Shown: positions 62,956 to 64,000 of the stretch, in pieces
Position numbering within the stretch: the first letter of the stretch is position 1
Layout: each line of letters opens with the position of its first letter
Assembly (NCBI RefSeq): GCF_006345805.1
Contig: NC_043012.1
Coordinates: 26,536,001-26,600,000, forward strand
Origin: Octopus sinensis
Taxonomy: Eukaryota
Direction: 5' to 3'
DNA length: 64,000 nt
Program-made: the position numbers and the translations under genes
The notes under the pieces: model-generated
Database searches by the model: none
What the model was told of the DNA's origin: nothing
The model's input: the letters and a program-made list of their open reading frames with translations, nothing else

Positions 62956-63120
62956 CTGCAGCTTGACGTTCTTGCATCTAAACTGTTCATTAACTTTTGA
63001 ACACAAACAAAACGTCTTTTACAAGGTTTAGTCCAACAAACAAGGCCCTGTGCACACACACACACACACACATACACATAATCTGCAAAACAGCGTAGAT
63101 GCAAGAAAGTCAAGCTGCAG
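62956..63120. repeat. 32-bp inverted repeat with 101-bp spacer
   Basis: 29 of 32 bases match between 62956-62987 and 63089-63120. Confidence 0.85.
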
Positions 63121-63420
63121 GGTGTTCAAAAAGTCATTCCGCAGTGAATTTTTCGGTGAACGGATTATTTCGAAGGGACTTTGGCTGCCAAGATCACCCG
63201 AGTTAACACCGCAAGACTTTCTTTTCTGGGGAGCAAGTAAAGGATCAGAGTACAAGAATCTCCCGAAAACCATTAATGAGCTAAAAAACGCAATCATAAC
63301 ATTCACACGGTCCATGCCGCACCAGACTCTACAAGATGCATTTCAAAACATATGTAGAAGAGTCAACTTAAGTATTAAATATGAAGGACGACAGTTTCAA
63401 CGCCTCTTATAAAGTTCTTT
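63118..63420 (+). mobile_element. internally deleted Tc1/mariner element (C-terminal transposase fragment)
   Basis: TIR-like CAGGGTGTTCAAAAAGTC joined to FFGERIISKGLWLPRSPELTPQDFLFWG...GRQFQRLL*. Confidence 0.85.
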
Positions 63421-63818
63421 AAAGTCTTATAAAGTCGCGAAATTTTGGAGGAGGGGCCTAGTCGATTAGATCAACCACAGTACGCAACAGTTGCTTCATT
63501 TATCAACTCCCAAACGGATGAAAGGTAAAGTCGACCTCGGCGGTATTTGAACTCAGGACGGAAAGACAGACGAGATACCTATTTCTATTTCTTTACTATC
63601 CAGAAGGAGCTAAACACAGAGAGGACAAACAAGGACAGACAAACGAATTAAGTCGATTACATCTACCCCAGTGCGTAACTAGTACTTATTTAATCGACCC
63701 CGAAAGGATGAAAGGCAAATTCGACCTCGGCGGAATTTGAACTCATAACGTAGCGGCAGACGAAATACCGCAAAGCATTTCGCCCGGCATGCTAACGATT
63801 CTGCCAGCTCGCCGCCTT
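63420..63818 (-). mobile_element. SINE family A, one head plus two body units
   Basis: Two cores and a single head, followed by (AAT)n. Confidence 0.92.
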
Positions 63819-63835
63819 ATATAATAATAATAATG

Positions 63836-63894
<59 letters not shown>

Positions 63895-64000
63895 TTTGAT
63901 GACGAAATAAGCGTAAAATCACAAGGGAGAACTATATCCAACCTGGTTCGCCTCTAGCAATTTCACATTGTTTTCCTAATTAGGTTCTACCATTTTATCT

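Overview
AT-rich eukaryotic (metazoan) DNA dominated by microsatellites and transposon relics, with a 100-N assembly gap at 16425-16524. The repeat families resemble those I recall from octopus genomes; this assignment is inferred, not searched. I recognise no intact host gene. Nearly all long ORFs in the track are microsatellite artefacts, and the recognisable protein fragments are transposon-derived: a near-complete but broken IR/DR Tc1 element (46053-47669), several internally deleted or rearranged Tc1/mariner copies, a hAT transposase relic, a Penelope-like RT plus GIY-YIG relic (33699-35712) and three Dong/R4-like LINE fragments. There are at least three tRNA-headed SINE families with shuffled modules, a headless (AAT)n-tailed retroposon and two Helitron-like non-autonomous copies. 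The most interesting signals are: (1) several minimal hammerhead-ribozyme-like motifs in Penelope-type termini, three carrying a compensatory U3:A8 core; (2) at least eight inverted repeats or fold-backs, including a 224-bp near-perfect palindrome and an 870-bp complex fold-back; (3) a sharply bounded island of about 70% GC; (4) a 98-bp tandem array. A few isolated exon-like segments on both strands are listed at low confidence.
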